A model generated the notes under the pieces. The model searched no databases, was not told the DNA's origin, and was given only the letters and a program-made list of their open reading frames with translations. A program made the position numbers and the translations under genes. From contig OZ024764.1 of assembly GCA_964016885.1 (NCBI GenBank), positions 1,302,001 through 1,366,000 on the forward strand: 64,000 nucleotides of DNA, given 5' to 3'. The stretch comes from Eledone cirrhosa. Lineage: Eukaryota. Shown piece by piece: positions 25,651 to 37,949 of this stretch (positions are counted from its first letter, which is position 1; the number at the start of each line of letters is the position of its first letter).

Positions 25651-25800
25651 AGTCGTGTGTGAAGACACGTCCCTCATTCTTACAAACACAGATACAACGT
25701 TTACGAAATAAAAAAACAAAGAGAGAAAAAAACGAAGACATGACACAACTTTCTTGTCAACCAATCAGAGTTTGACACGTTTCATACTAATTAACTATTC

Positions 25801-25835
25801 ATGCATGGCAAAGTGGAAAAACCCTCTTACGTCAG
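25801..25835 (+). CDS. Candidate first coding exon (MHGKVEKPSYV), unknown product
   Basis: ATG, CAG|GTAAG donor, CCAATCAG at 25761; phase 2 fits 27600. Confidence 0.25.
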
Positions 25836-25979
25836 GTAAGATGTGACCTACCTATTCGGAATAGACTGTTAAAACTTATATTCTTCTAATCTTTTATTCT
25901 TTTGCTGATTTTCAGCCATTTGACTGCGGCCATGATACAGCACTGCTTTAAATGGTGGTGGTGGTGGTGGTGGTGGTCG

Positions 25980-27410
25980 GGGGTTAGACTATATCAACCA
26001 ATTTGGCTGGGACCTTGGTTAGAATATATCAACTAATTTGGCTGGGACCCTGGTTAGACTATATCAACCAATTTGGCTGGTTAGAATATATCAACTAATT
26101 TGGCTGGGACCCTGGTTAGACTATATCAACCAATTTGGCTGGGACCTTGGTTAGACTATATCAACTAATTTGGCTGGGACCCTGGTGAGACTATATCAAC
26201 TAATTTGGCTGGGACCCTGGTTAGACTATATCAACCAATTTGGCTGGGACCTTGGTTAGACTATATCAACCAATTTGGCTGGGACCTTGGTTAGACTATA
26301 TCAACCAATTTGGCTGGGACCTTGGTTAGACTATATCAACTAATTTGGCTGGGACCCTGGTGAGACTATATCAACTAATTTGGCTGGGACCCTGGTTAGA
26401 CTATATCAACCAATTTGGCTGGGACCTTGGTTAGACTATATCAACCAATTTGGCTGGGACCTTGGTTAGACTATATCAACCAATTTGGCTGGGACCTTGG
26501 TTAGACTATATCAACTAATTTGGCTGGGACCCTGGTTAGACTATATCAACCAATTTGGCTGGGACCTTGGTTAGACTATATCAACTAATTTGGCTGGGAC
26601 CTTGGTTAGACTATATCAACTAATTTGGCTGGGACCTTGGTTAGACTATATCAACCAATTTGGCTGGGACCCTGGTTAGACTATATCAACTAATTTGGCT
26701 GGGACCTTGGTTAGACTATATCAACTAATTTGGCTGGGACCCTGGTTAGACTATATCAACCAATTTGGCTGGGACCTTGGTTAGACTATATCAACCAATT
26801 TGACTGGGACCTTGGTTAGACTATATCAACTAATTTGGCTGGGACCCTGGTTAGACTATATCAACTAATTTGGCTGGGACCTTGGTTAGACTATATCAAC
26901 TAATTTGGCTGGGACCCTGGTTAGACTATATCAACCAATTTGGCTGGGACCTTGGTTAGACTATATCAACCAATTTGACTGGGACCTTGGTTAGACTATA
27001 TCAACTAATTTGGCTGGGACCCTAGTTAGACTATATCAACTAATTTGGCTGGGACCTTGGTTAGACTATATCAACCAATTTGGCTGGGACCCTGGTTAGA
27101 CTATATCAACTAATTTGGCTGGGACCTTGGTTAGACTATATCAACCAATTTGGCTGGGACCCTGGTTAGACTATATCAACTAATTTGGCTGGGACCCTAG
27201 TTAGACTATATCAACTAATTTGGCTGGGACCCTGGTTAGACTATATCAACTAATTTGGCTGGGACCTTGGTTAGAATATATGAACCAATTTGGCTGGGAC
27301 CTTGGTTAGAATATATCAACTAATTTGGCTAGGACCCTGGTTAGACTATATCAACTAATTTGGCTGGGACCTTGGTTAGACTATATCAACTAATTTGGCT
27401 GGGACCTTGC
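25980..27410. repeat. 35-bp minisatellite, ~40 copies
   Basis: Unit GGTTAGACTATATCAACCAATTTGGCTGGGACCTT. Confidence 0.95.
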
Positions 27411-27599
27411 TATTAAGCAGTCCAAGAAGGTTCCTTACTTGTCCTATTTGAAATATCTCGTTAGATAAGGATATTAAAATGACTTCTTCTTCTTCTCTAT
27501 AAAGCCCTTCCCATTCCAAATATCTCACAATACTTTATATTAACTATACTACATATCTATACATACATACATTGGCTGCCTACCTTTTTATCATTGCAG

Positions 27600-27730
27600 T
27601 GACTATTGTATGTGCCTTGCATTGGAGAAACACCAGGACTCTGGCTTTACTGTAACACCGGATCTGAAATCGTTCGTCAGAATCATTTCAGACATCTGTG
27701 TCGAGCTCGTCTGTCTTCCTGAAACCTTTG
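27600..27730 (+). CDS. Candidate internal exon (DYCMCLALEKHQDSGFTVTPDLKSFVRIISDICVELVCLPETF), unknown product
   Basis: CTTTTTATCATTGCAG acceptor, G|GTAAAT donor, open frame, GC-richer unique island. Confidence 0.35.
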
Positions 27731-28034
27731 GTAAATGGAATAATTGTCTTATGTTGTTTATTACATAATTAAATAGCTCTGTAACATATATAGAGCACTC
27801 TCCTTTCCTTTACCCTTCCTACAGAAACACTTAATATATATATATATATATATAGGAAAAGTTTGATCCCGACTTTTGGACTCAGAAATAACCGCCGAAA
27901 CGGCTTGAACTCTGCCGTCGGGGTCATACTTTCTCCTGTTACCCACTCTACTACCCTAAGTATTGAGAACTCTGGTGTGTTATGGTCCATCTGGTTCCTT
28001 ACCACTCTTCCTTCGTTATATATATATATATATC

Positions 28035-28195
28035 ATCATCATCATCATTTTATGTCCACTTTTCCCTGCTTGCAAGGGTGGGACGGGTCCTATTCAGCAC
28101 AGCATCTCTCCATTTGTCGCGGTCCTTTGTCATCTCCTCTGTGAGTTTCAGCGATCTGAGGTCAGCTCTCACCACCTCCACCCATGTTTTTCGTG
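28035..28195 (-). mobile_element. RTE 3' end, same family as 6598-8665
   Basis: PRKTWVEVVRADLRSLKLTEEMTKDRDKWRDAV plus (GAT)n tail. Confidence 0.85.
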
Positions 28196-29024
28196 GATTT
28201 CTTATTTTGCGAGATTTCTTATCTGAAAATGTGTGTTGAAACAGATATTGTTGTACTTTGGGAGGGTCATGTTGCCAATAAAAACACATGCACCTGTTGG
28301 TTTTTTACTTCAATTTATTATAAGTTTCTAGTTATCAAACCAACCAGGAAACTGGTTAGACCACAGGTTCTCAACCCATTTAGGCCAAACGCCCCCTTTT
28401 GTCCCTCGAAATCATGAACACCCCCCCCCCCCCATTTTCCCATTTTTCAATATACTACTGATTTTGATATCAGTAGATTACTAAAATATTGATTAACAAT
28501 ATTCCAAAGATACTCAGGCAGCTGAGAGTATAAATACATTCCTTGAAAGGAAATATATAAATTTCAAAAAAAGGAACATAAATGTTCTTTTTTATGAATA
28601 AGGACCAGTTGAATTTGTTATATTCCCACCAGGCGATACCAGCTATTTTGAACATTTATACAAGAGCAACTCTGTCTATCCAAAGAGTGCTCTTATCTGG
28701 AAGAAAGTGGCAATTATATCATTTCAAAGCTTTACAATGTTCCCTTTAATGAAATGGACAGAATAAATGTTGATATCTAACTTGATGTCTGCTCTGCTTT
28801 GTGAGCTTAGAGACCACGGAAGAGGGTTTTCATGACCACGCGGAAGGGTATATTTATTAGTAAATGGTAAAATATATACAACAAATGAGTAAGTGAATTG
28901 TAGTAGATGGTTTCCAGTCCAGTCAGACTGCAACTACAAATAAAAAAAATTTGTTAGTTTGCTTTGTAACAATAGCATATCTAAGTTTTCGGATAAATCA
29001 ACTTACTTTAACTTTGACCTCATT

Positions 29025-30046
29025 TCAATGGAGTCTAGCTAACTCTTTGACGTCAGGCTGGATTTTAGTAAGATGTAGCCGGAGATCTCCACGTGTAATT
29101 ACATTGTAGCGGTTGCGAGCCTTACTGTGCGGTCTGGAAACAGCACCAAACCTCCTCTTGACTAAGTATGAGCTTGGAAAAGGCAGAGCAAATCTCTTAG
29201 CCTCTGCATGTAGGAGTGGAAATCGACGCTGAATTTCCTCTTGCATCCAAAAAAGGGGTTCACCTATTTTGGGAAATCTAATTTTGATCATGTCATCTGC
29301 TTGAAGTTCAATGAATTCTTCCTGAAATATAACATCCAAATCATCGACAGTAGCTATGAAGGGATCTGCTACCCACATTGGGATGTCCATCGACAAAAGG
29401 TCGACAAACAGTTCTCCCATGTTGTCTTGTAGCGCACGGAGGTGAGCGGTATAAATTTGGAGTTGGTCATCGCTTACAATGTTTGAACATTGGCGACACT
29501 AGGAAAATTATAGAATTCCCGTCAATTAGGAATTCAATTTGGCCAGGAATGTTTTCACAGCATTCCTTGCTTTATGCAAGGTGATCTTCTTCCCCTGCAA
29601 AGCCAAAATGACGCTATTACATTTGTCAACGATGTTGGTGAGGTAGGCGCAGTTTTGCCTCACATCGGGGGTTTTCTTGTACAGTTCTGTGTTGTGTCCT
29701 CGTAGAAACTCAATAATAGAATCGAACAGTTCAAAGAAGTGAGTAAGGCTCTTGCCCTTTGAAAGCCACCTCACTTCATTATGAAGGAGCAACTTGACGA
29801 ATTCTTCGTCATTATCTTGACACAGTTGCCGGAAAATTCGTTCATTGAGGGAATGCTGTTTGATAAAATTGATGACATCAAGGGCCACCTGCAAGGACTT
29901 GCTCAGCGGCTTGCTGAGTTTCTTCGCAGCCAAGTGTTGTCGATGAATGACACAATGAACAACAAATACAGATAGATTTTCTTTCTTCAGAAGAGTGACG
30001 AAACCCTTATGTTGGCCGACCATTGCTCTTGCGTCGTCCGTAGCAC
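29025..30046 (-). pseudogene. hAT transposase remnant (ZBED5/8-like)
   Basis: TDDARAM, HCVIHRQHLAAK, LLLHNEVRWLSKG, PFPSSYL, GDLRLHLTKIQPD; broken into two ORFs, N-terminus missing. Confidence 0.88.
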
Positions 30047-30049
30047 ATG

Positions 30050-30540
30050 ATACAATGTGTGCTGTATTTGGTCCTAGATGTATGTATTACCTGCCTGTGT
30101 GTTGTAGGTAGTCCTAGATGTATGTATTACCTTCTTATGTATTGCATGTGGTCCCAGCTGTATGTATTACCTGCTTGTGTGTTGTATGTGGTCCTAGATG
30201 TGTGTATTACCTCCTTATGTGTTGTATGTGGTCCTAGATGTATGTATTACCTGATTATGTGTTGTATGTGGTCCTAGATGTTTGTATTACCTGATTATGT
30301 GTTGTATGTGGTCCTAGATGTTTGTATTACCTGCTTATATGTTGCATAATATCCTAAATGTATGTATTACCTGCCTGTGTGTTGTATGTGGTCCTAGATG
30401 TGTGTGCTACCTCCTTATGTGTTGCATGCGGTCCTAGATGTGTGTATTACCTGCTTATGTGTTGTATGTGGTCCTAGATGCGTGTATTACCTGTTTATGT
30501 GTTGTATGTGGTCCTAGATGTGTGTGCTACCCGCTTCTGT
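30050..30540. repeat. 40-bp minisatellite inside the hAT element
   Basis: Unit GTGTTGTATGTGGTCCTAGATGTATGTATTACCTGCTTAT. Confidence 0.9.
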
Positions 30541-31009
30541 GTTTTTTTTTCTTTTTTATTTGTAATATTATTTATACAATAGGGAATAAAATAGATCTAC
30601 ATAGTGTTAACTCGTTACGGTTGAGTCAATAATTTCAGACATGAAATACATTGTTATCGGTGAAGGAAAGACAAGATTCTAACTGGTTACCCTCGAAGTG
30701 TCCTTGACCAAGTTGACTGTACGTTTTTCCATTGTTAGGATCTCAATTGCCGGTTAATGTCTAGACACACCTGCACACATGCTCACAGCTGCGGTCAGAC
30801 CATAGTTATGCTGTCTGCATGCTCATTCAAATGCATTCACACTGGCTGCTCAAAGACATACAAATATGGCTTATAAAACTTACCAAAGTAAAGAGCCTTT
30901 CAGTGCCTCCCAAAGCTCCAAACGCCCCCTTGCTCCCAAACGCTCCCTGGAGTTCTGAAACGCTTCCCGGGGGTGCATATGGCCCCCGTTGAGAACTTTT
31001 AGGTTAGAC

Positions 31010-31470
31010 CATTACTCACCAAAGTACTTGATACTTGGGGTAGTAGAGTGGGTAATATGAAAAATTTCAGGACCCCTAACAGCTTTGACATTACAACAGG
31101 GTCAAGCGATTTCGCCCAAATCATGGCTGATGTCGGCTTGTACCTCTTATGTAAACTAATGGACAAGTTACCTAGCTTAGGCAGAGGACTGTACAGAGAC
31201 GACGCTCTGCTCTTAACCCTCAGACTTAACAACAGCCAAATAGAAAGACTGCATAAACGATTTAGGTACTTCTTTAGGAAGTACGGCCTGACGGTAGAAA
31301 TAGAACGTAACAATAGGACAATGAATTTCTTAGAATTAGACACCAGTTTGTACCAACCGTACCATAAACCTAATGAGAACTTGAAGCACTCCAACCACCC
31401 TAAGAACATTACTACCTCTATTGTTAAGAGTGTATCTAACAGAATGTCCTCCCTGTCAGCTAATAGGTCT
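31010..31470 (+). mobile_element. Penelope-like element RT fragment preceded by an inverted pseudo-LTR piece
   Basis: FDITTGSSDFAQI..VGLYLL..GLYRDDAL..NFLE..YQPYHKPN..SNHP; 31010-31076 is the reverse complement of the hairpin-family tail. Confidence 0.8.
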
Positions 31471-31869
31471 GCAGTAAGCTACTTTCCTTTGGCGCTTTGA
31501 TAGGCTATTCGTGCAGGATTTGGCCAAGTCAGGCCAATCGTGAGCCACGCATGGATATATATTTCCAACTTCTGCCTAAACAGAGATTTTCCCCCTCTTT
31601 CTTTCGATATACTGTCTCTTGCAGCTTTGATCATGGAAAGGTAAACACCATTTTTCTTTTGCCGTTCGACCACTAGCCAATATGTAACGACAACATAACT
31701 ATGGCCTGGCCAACATCTCAGCCAGTTGATCGTACCTTCTAAACTCTTAATTTGTTTATTCCTTTGTTTGGCATGCCAGCTCAACCTTTGTAATCGGTTT
31801 GTAAATAAATTATGTAAAAACAGTGTAAAGTCTTGTGATGCTATTTACCACAAACCATTGCCTTTAACC

Positions 31870-32362
31870 TGTAGCAAGAGTTGCCGCCCTTGTTGTGACA
31901 CTCACATCACCAATAGATTAACGCTCTCTAGACAGGAAGTAGTTGGAGTTACTTCCCGTTGGTGGCAGAACCCTTTCTGTCACTTCTGTTCCAGCATCTA
32001 TAAAGGGAATAACTTTCAGCTCCCTATCTCTCATTTGCCTTTTTGGCTCCTGGCCTTCGGCCAGGCGCGTTCGCCTGGCAACCAAACAGTAACTAATAAC
32101 TTTGCTTCATTCTTTCATCTACTCATTGACATGTCAACTATACTGTTCTATATAACCACAAATTGTTGATTAAATATTATACTCACCGAAAAGGCAAATG
32201 AGAGATAGGGAGCTGAAAGTTATTCCCTTTATAGATGCTGGAACGGAAGTGACAGAAAGGGTTCTGCCACCAACGGGAAGTAACTCCAACTACTTCCTGT
32301 CTAGAGAGCGTTAATCTATTGGTGATGTGAGTGTCACAACAAGGGAGGCAACTCTTGCTACA
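31870..32362. repeat. Long inverted repeat, ~170-bp arms with ~150-bp spacer
   Basis: TGTAGCAAGAGTTGCC...CATTTGCCTTTT at 31870-32043 mirrored at 32189-32362. Confidence 0.92.
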
Positions 32363-32729
32363 AACCCTTTAATGGCCAAAACCGGCCAGAATTCTCTACC
32401 TCTTTCTGTTGAAACTGGCTGTAACCGGTTGCTCAAACTGATGTTAAGGTATTCTTCTCAAAATAAATACTTTCAAAATCTCATAGATTCGATATTATGA
32501 GAGATAATTATGTGAGGTAAAGCCTTTACCATGAAAATATAATAGTATATATAGAGTAATGTGAATGCTAAAGGGCTAAATGTGATATGGAAAGAGTTAT
32601 TCCAGAGTTATTATCACAGCAGCAACAGAACCTGAGACTTACAGCTAAATCTCAATTCAACTTACATTTATTGATATAACAAACAATACCTTTCCTGTTA
32701 CAACAAAATACATCATTATTATTATTATT

Positions 32730-32885
32730 GTCGGCGGAGGATTGGCAGTATCGGTAGAAGGTCGGACGCCATTGCTTTGACGCATAGAGTTACGGTCCTT
32801 GCCATTCTGAGTTCAAATCCCGCCGAGGTTAACTTTGCCTTTCATCCTTACGGGGTCGATAAATAAAATAAAAGTACCAGTAATC
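32730..32885 (+). mobile_element. SINE family B
   Basis: Head and core as in 8901-9090. Confidence 0.85.
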
Positions 32886-33489
32886 ATCATCATCATCATC
32901 ATCATCATCACCGTTTTACGTCCGTTCCTCCACGCTAGCATGGGTTAGACGGGTTGTCCTGTTGTGGGCAGCGTCTGGTCGGCTGACCATGCCTTGCTCA
33001 TACAGGAACTGATTTGGCTTGATTTCTACAGCTGGATGCCCTTCCGGTTTTGGCCAGTTTGAACACTAAAGGGTTAATAGACATACAGTGAAATTCTTCT
33101 CCGCCACAACACCCAACTGAGCTGACACTACAGCATACACTAATAGGACCAAGATACGCAAACATAAAATATAGTTCAAAATGACAAACAAACAAACACA
33201 GGAGTCAATGGTATATTGTGTTATTAGCTTCATGCTATATATGAAAAGATTCAGGCCCCCGTCGGTTGAGCTCTGGCTGTTTCAACAGCTAGATCAGTTC
33301 GAATCTAGCTGTTGAAATGTCCAGAGCTCACCCGTCGTAGTCCTGCATCTTTTCATATTACCCACTCTACTACCCCAAGTATTGAGTACACTGGGGGCTA
33401 TGGTCTAGCTGGTTTTTACCACACCCTATCTGATATATATCTGATGACATATGACTTTGAGAGAGATATATGCCGGCCTCCCACACATA

Positions 33490-34592
33490 TCTGTCGTAGG
33501 TTAGAGGAGAGTAAGATTTGCTGGCCCCTGCCATCGTGCCACCTCTGAGGCTGTGTCCCCATTAGTGCTTCAGAAACCACAAGCAGTCACTAATAACAGG
33601 GGCCACAAGCTCTCCTATCCCAATTTGCTGGCCACTGCCATCATGCCACCTCTGAGGCTGTGTCCCCATTAGGGCTTCAGAAACCACAAGCAGTCACTAA
33701 TAACAGGGGCCACAAGCTCTCCTATCCCAATTTGCTGGCCACTGCCATCATGCCACCTCTGAGGCTGTGTCCCCAATTAATGCTTTGGAAACCACAAGCA
33801 GTCACTAATAACAGGGACCACAAGCTCTCCTATCCCAATTTGCTGGCCACTGCCATTGTGCCACCTCTGAGGCTGTGTCCCCAATTAATGCTTTGGAAAC
33901 CACAAGCAGTCACTAATAACAGGGGCCACAAGCTCTCCTATCCCAATTTGCTGGCCACTGCCATTGTGCCACCTCTGAGGCTGTGTCCCCAATTAATGCT
34001 TTGGAAACCACAAGCAGTCACTAATAACAGGGGCCACAAGCTCTCCTATCCCAATTTGCTGGCCACTGCCATCGTGCCACCTCTGAGGCTGTGTCCCCAT
34101 TAGGGCTTTAGAAACCACAAGCAGTCACTAATAACAGGGGCCACATGCTCTCTTATCCCAATTTGCTGGCTACTGCTATCGTGCCACCTCTGAGGCTGTG
34201 TCCCCATTAGGGCTTCAGAAACCACAAGCAGTCACTAATAACAGGGGCCACAAGCTCTCCTATCCCAATTTGCTGGCCACTGCCATTGTGCCACCTCTGA
34301 GGCTGTGTCCCCATTAATGCTTTGGAAACCACAAGCAGTCACTAATAACAGGGGCCACAAGCTCTTTTATCCCAATTTGCTGGCCACTGCCATCATGCTA
34401 CCTCTGAGGCTGTGTCCCCAATACTGCTTTGGAAACCACAAGCAGTCGTCACTAATAACAGGGGCCACAAGCTCTCCCATCCTGATGTCATCTCCAGGGA
34501 TTCTGGTAGTGAAATCCAGGACTTGGCAACAGCAATCAACGACAGACCCACGTGGAGATCAATTGTTGAATCCATTTCGGCTGAGGCCCCCA

Positions 34593-34625
<33 letters not shown>
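33490..34625 (+). mobile_element. RTE 3' end with a 107/108-bp segment amplified ~9 times, (GAT)n tail
   Basis: Unit encodes FAGHCHRATSEAVSP-like sequence; the last copy continues PDVISRDSGSEIQDLATAINDRPTWRSIV. Confidence 0.75.
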
Positions 34626-34759
34626 ATATATAAAGTTAATTTGAAAATGTTTATATCTAAAGACAGAGGCATTACAATGGAATGATAATGATAAACTCTT
34701 TAGTGGCAGACGGCCACTTATTTTCCCTCCCCAAGGTTAGTTTACCTCATTTTAAAATA

Positions 34760-35430
34760 AGAATGAAATTATTGTGTACAGTGCTCAGGTGCACTACAAC
34801 TCATCAAAGGTGCATGTATAGTACATAGAATAACATACAAATGTCTGGGAAGTGAGCAGTGTATGAGTCATGATATACATGCGTGTGTGTGTATGGAGGA
34901 GGAATATTGGGTGTAGTGTTGGTGAATCTCAGGAAGCATGGCGGGTTTAAAGGATGCAGTGTCTCGACAGCTAACAACTGATGCAGGTAGTTTGTTCCAT
35001 GGAGGTTTTAAAGGATGCAGTGTCTCGACAGCTAACAACTGATGCAGGTAGTTTGTTCCATGGAGGTTTTAAAGGATGCAGTGTCTCGACAGCTAACAAC
35101 TGATGCAGGTAGTTTGTTCCATGGAGGTTTTAAAGGATGTAGTGTCTCGACAGCTAACAACTGATGCAGGTAGTTTGTTCCATGGAGGTTTTAAAGGATG
35201 CAGTGTCTCGACAGCTAACAACTGATGCAGGGAGTGTGTTCCATGGAGGTTTTAAAGGATGCAGTGTCTCGACACCTAACAACTGATGCAGGTAGTTTGT
35301 TCCATGGAGGTTTTAAAGGATGCAGTGTCTCGGCAGCTAACAACTGATGCAGGTAGTTTGTTCCATGGAGGTTTTAAAGGATGTTGTGTCCTGCATCAGT
35401 TGTTAGCTGTCGAGACTCTGCATCCTTTAA
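34760..35430 (-). mobile_element. CR1 3'UTR plus 61-bp array (~7 copies)
   Basis: Same as 1628-2735. Confidence 0.88.
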
Positions 35431-35904
35431 AAGCTCCAGCTTGATGGTAGATATAGAAATGGTGAACAGCCATGGATCAAATACTCAGATAAAAAGATCA
35501 GTGATTCGAGTAATCTCTTCAAGAAACTCAATAAGTTGATCACAGCAGCTGGAGTTAGGGATAAATCTAAATTGCGAGAGCCAGATAAGACTGTGAGAGT
35601 TCCAGAAGTTCCAGAATGTTTCCCTGACACAGGACACCAAGTGCCTTGTTTCGGGGGGGGGGGTTACCAGGATACAAGTCACCCTCCCCCCCATTTTTTC
35701 AGGAACGGGGGACAAACCATCTTTTGTTTTTTGTGTATTTGATATAATAAATCCTTTTTAAGGTTATTTTTTCATATCTGAACTTCATTTGAATATTTAA
35801 AATTTAAGTAGCGTAAAATTTTATTTATGTGATATTTATGTGACAGGGAAAGGCACCATATTTGTCCCACTCACATTTTTAAGGCAAACGAGACCCTTGC
35901 AAGA

Positions 35905-36430
35905 CACCATCAGTTTGGCAATGCAGCTAGTAAGACTGACTGGACGATAGTTGACAGGCAACGTGTGGTCACCATTTTAGAACAGAGGAATGACACTGGC
36001 AGTTTTCCACTGCTCCGGAGTAGCACCATTGTTAAGACAGAATTGAAAGAAGAGTGATAGCTAGTGCAGAAGGAAGTACCGACCACGTTTGAGAAACAAG
36101 TACGTAACACCATCAAGACCAGGAGAGGTATGGTTGCGTTTATTCTTAAGGTGACATCACACCATTGCAAGTGTAAATTCCATAGTTGTAATAGAATTCG
36201 ATGTCAGAGGTGGTGGAGATGGTAAACTCTGGTCTTCAACAGTAAAAACGCCTGCATAGCATTCAACTATGAGTTCTGCGCATTCTTTAGGATTGTCAGT
36301 AATCTGGTCTGTTTAGGGATTGCGAAGAGGACCAACTTGAGAGTGAGGTCTCTCCTTTGAATGTGCATCTTTCCAGAACACTTTACTGTCAGGGTTAGTT
36401 GCTATAAGCTGTTCACATTCTGCTTGAGAT
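35905..36430 (-). mobile_element. Degraded CR1/L2-type LINE fragment (RT N-terminal region)
   Basis: Minus strand reads NYRPVSLTSCIAKLM near 35905-35955. Confidence 0.65.
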
Positions 36431-37063
36431 GGTTAAATGGTCTATTGAGCTTTTTTTCCTATTAACCTCTGATCTATGTCATCTATATACGTTGGATAAA
36501 TAAATAGGGAGAGAGAGAAACACCATAGCAAACTTAATCTTCGTGTAGTAAGTATATTTATAACAAATCACTGTTAACGTAACGTTGAGCTGAACTGGAT
36601 TTAGTGGACAAGGGGAGGTAATTGTGTATGTAGGTCGCTCGGCAGTTTAAGGTATGTGTTGGATTGTGAATATACTAGACCTCCCGTGACCCAGCCGGGT
36701 CACATTCAATTAGAGATAATTTTTAAACAATTAAAATATACACAGACATCTATATAATGTGAAATGAAAATGAAAGGCCTATATATATATATATATAATG
36801 TAGGAGGTGAGTTTTATTGTAGAATAATAAAGCAATGCAGATATCGGATAAGAAGCACTCTACAGTTTGTAGGACTGGAGTATACATAATATATAAGATC
36901 AAAAGATGGTTAAAGGAGTTCCATGTATTTTATTATGCGCATTTCAAAAACAAACATCATCATGCAATAATATTTGTGTTTTCATCAGATAAAACAGGCG
37001 AACATGATATGAAGGCTAAAAAACACTTGTGGATAGTGCAGTTTTAAATCAACATTTTGATCT

Positions 37064-37114
<51 letters not shown>

Positions 37115-37418
37115 CCTTTCAGTTTCATTTCACATTATATACGAAGGGCTTATGCCCGAAACGTCGTCCCCCACCAACACCCCACTCTCCAGAGCGTGAA
37201 ATTAATAAACATTCGTTGTACTGCCTCTCTGTTTTGTCCCTGTTCAAATTTTTCCATTATATATATATATATATATATATATGGAAAGTTATATTTAAAT
37301 TGTTGGGTTATAGATGCGCCTGTAAAGGGCCGCATGTCTGACATGCCTGACCTACATGATAAACACACCCAGTGGAGGATACTATTATACAACACCTGAG
37401 AGTTCTTATACTCTGCAG

Positions 37419-37777
37419 ATATGGCAGGCACCGAGGAGAGGAAGTACGCATGCAGCAATTGTAAAGAGGATTTCTCGATGCAGTATATAGTGCAGTTGCA
37501 TATGCACTGCACCCACAAGGAGATTCTGTAATACAGCTGCGACGACTGCAGTCAGCCTTTCCATCTGTTGAGCACCCTGTTATCCGACAAGGGTATCGCA
37601 CATGATAGCAAGAAAAATAACAACAACAACAACAACACTAACAACAGAACTGCTCACAACACCAACCAGAAAAAGAACAACACCACTGATGATGATAATG
37701 GTGGTGGTTTGCCTTTTGCATGTCCCTGGCCTATAGCAAACATGGAATGTAGTCAGACATTTCAAACTGCTTGGTGA
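37419..37777 (+). pseudogene. Degenerate C2H2 zinc-finger exon
   Basis: CTCTGCAG acceptor; YACSNCKEDFSMQYIVQLHMHCTH, in-frame TAA 37529-37531, YSCDDCSQPFHLLSTLLSDKGIAH, poly-N, FACPW..C. Confidence 0.65.
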
Positions 37778-37949
37778 ATATTTTAATAGTCAGTGTTAAA
37801 TATATAGGTTATATTTGTTTGGGACTTGATCAAATGTGCCCAGTACACTCTATGAAGTGGTTGGTGATAGGAAGGGTATCTAGCTGTAGAAAATTTGCCA
37901 AAAGGTTGGAAGGTCTCTTCAGTTGTGTCAAAGATATGACAACCTACAT

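Larger units (their letters stand above)
28362..31001 (-). mobile_element. hAT (Charlie/Buster-type) DNA transposon, defective
   Basis: TIRs CACAGGTTCTCAAC / GTTGAGAACTTTTA; 8-bp TSD GGTTAGAC at 28354-28361 and 31002-31009. Confidence 0.85.

Noticed and set aside
24470-25764. His/Thr/Pro-rich ORFs of 367 and 423 aa
   Set aside because: (ACC)n microsatellite translation
25980-27410. CRISPR-like array (35-bp period)
   Set aside because: Head-to-tail repeats with no unique spacers, no cas genes, eukaryotic context
36674-36712. ACTAG plus GTGACCC/GGGTCAC hairpin resembling a Helitron-type end
   Set aside because: Too short; no partner end identified
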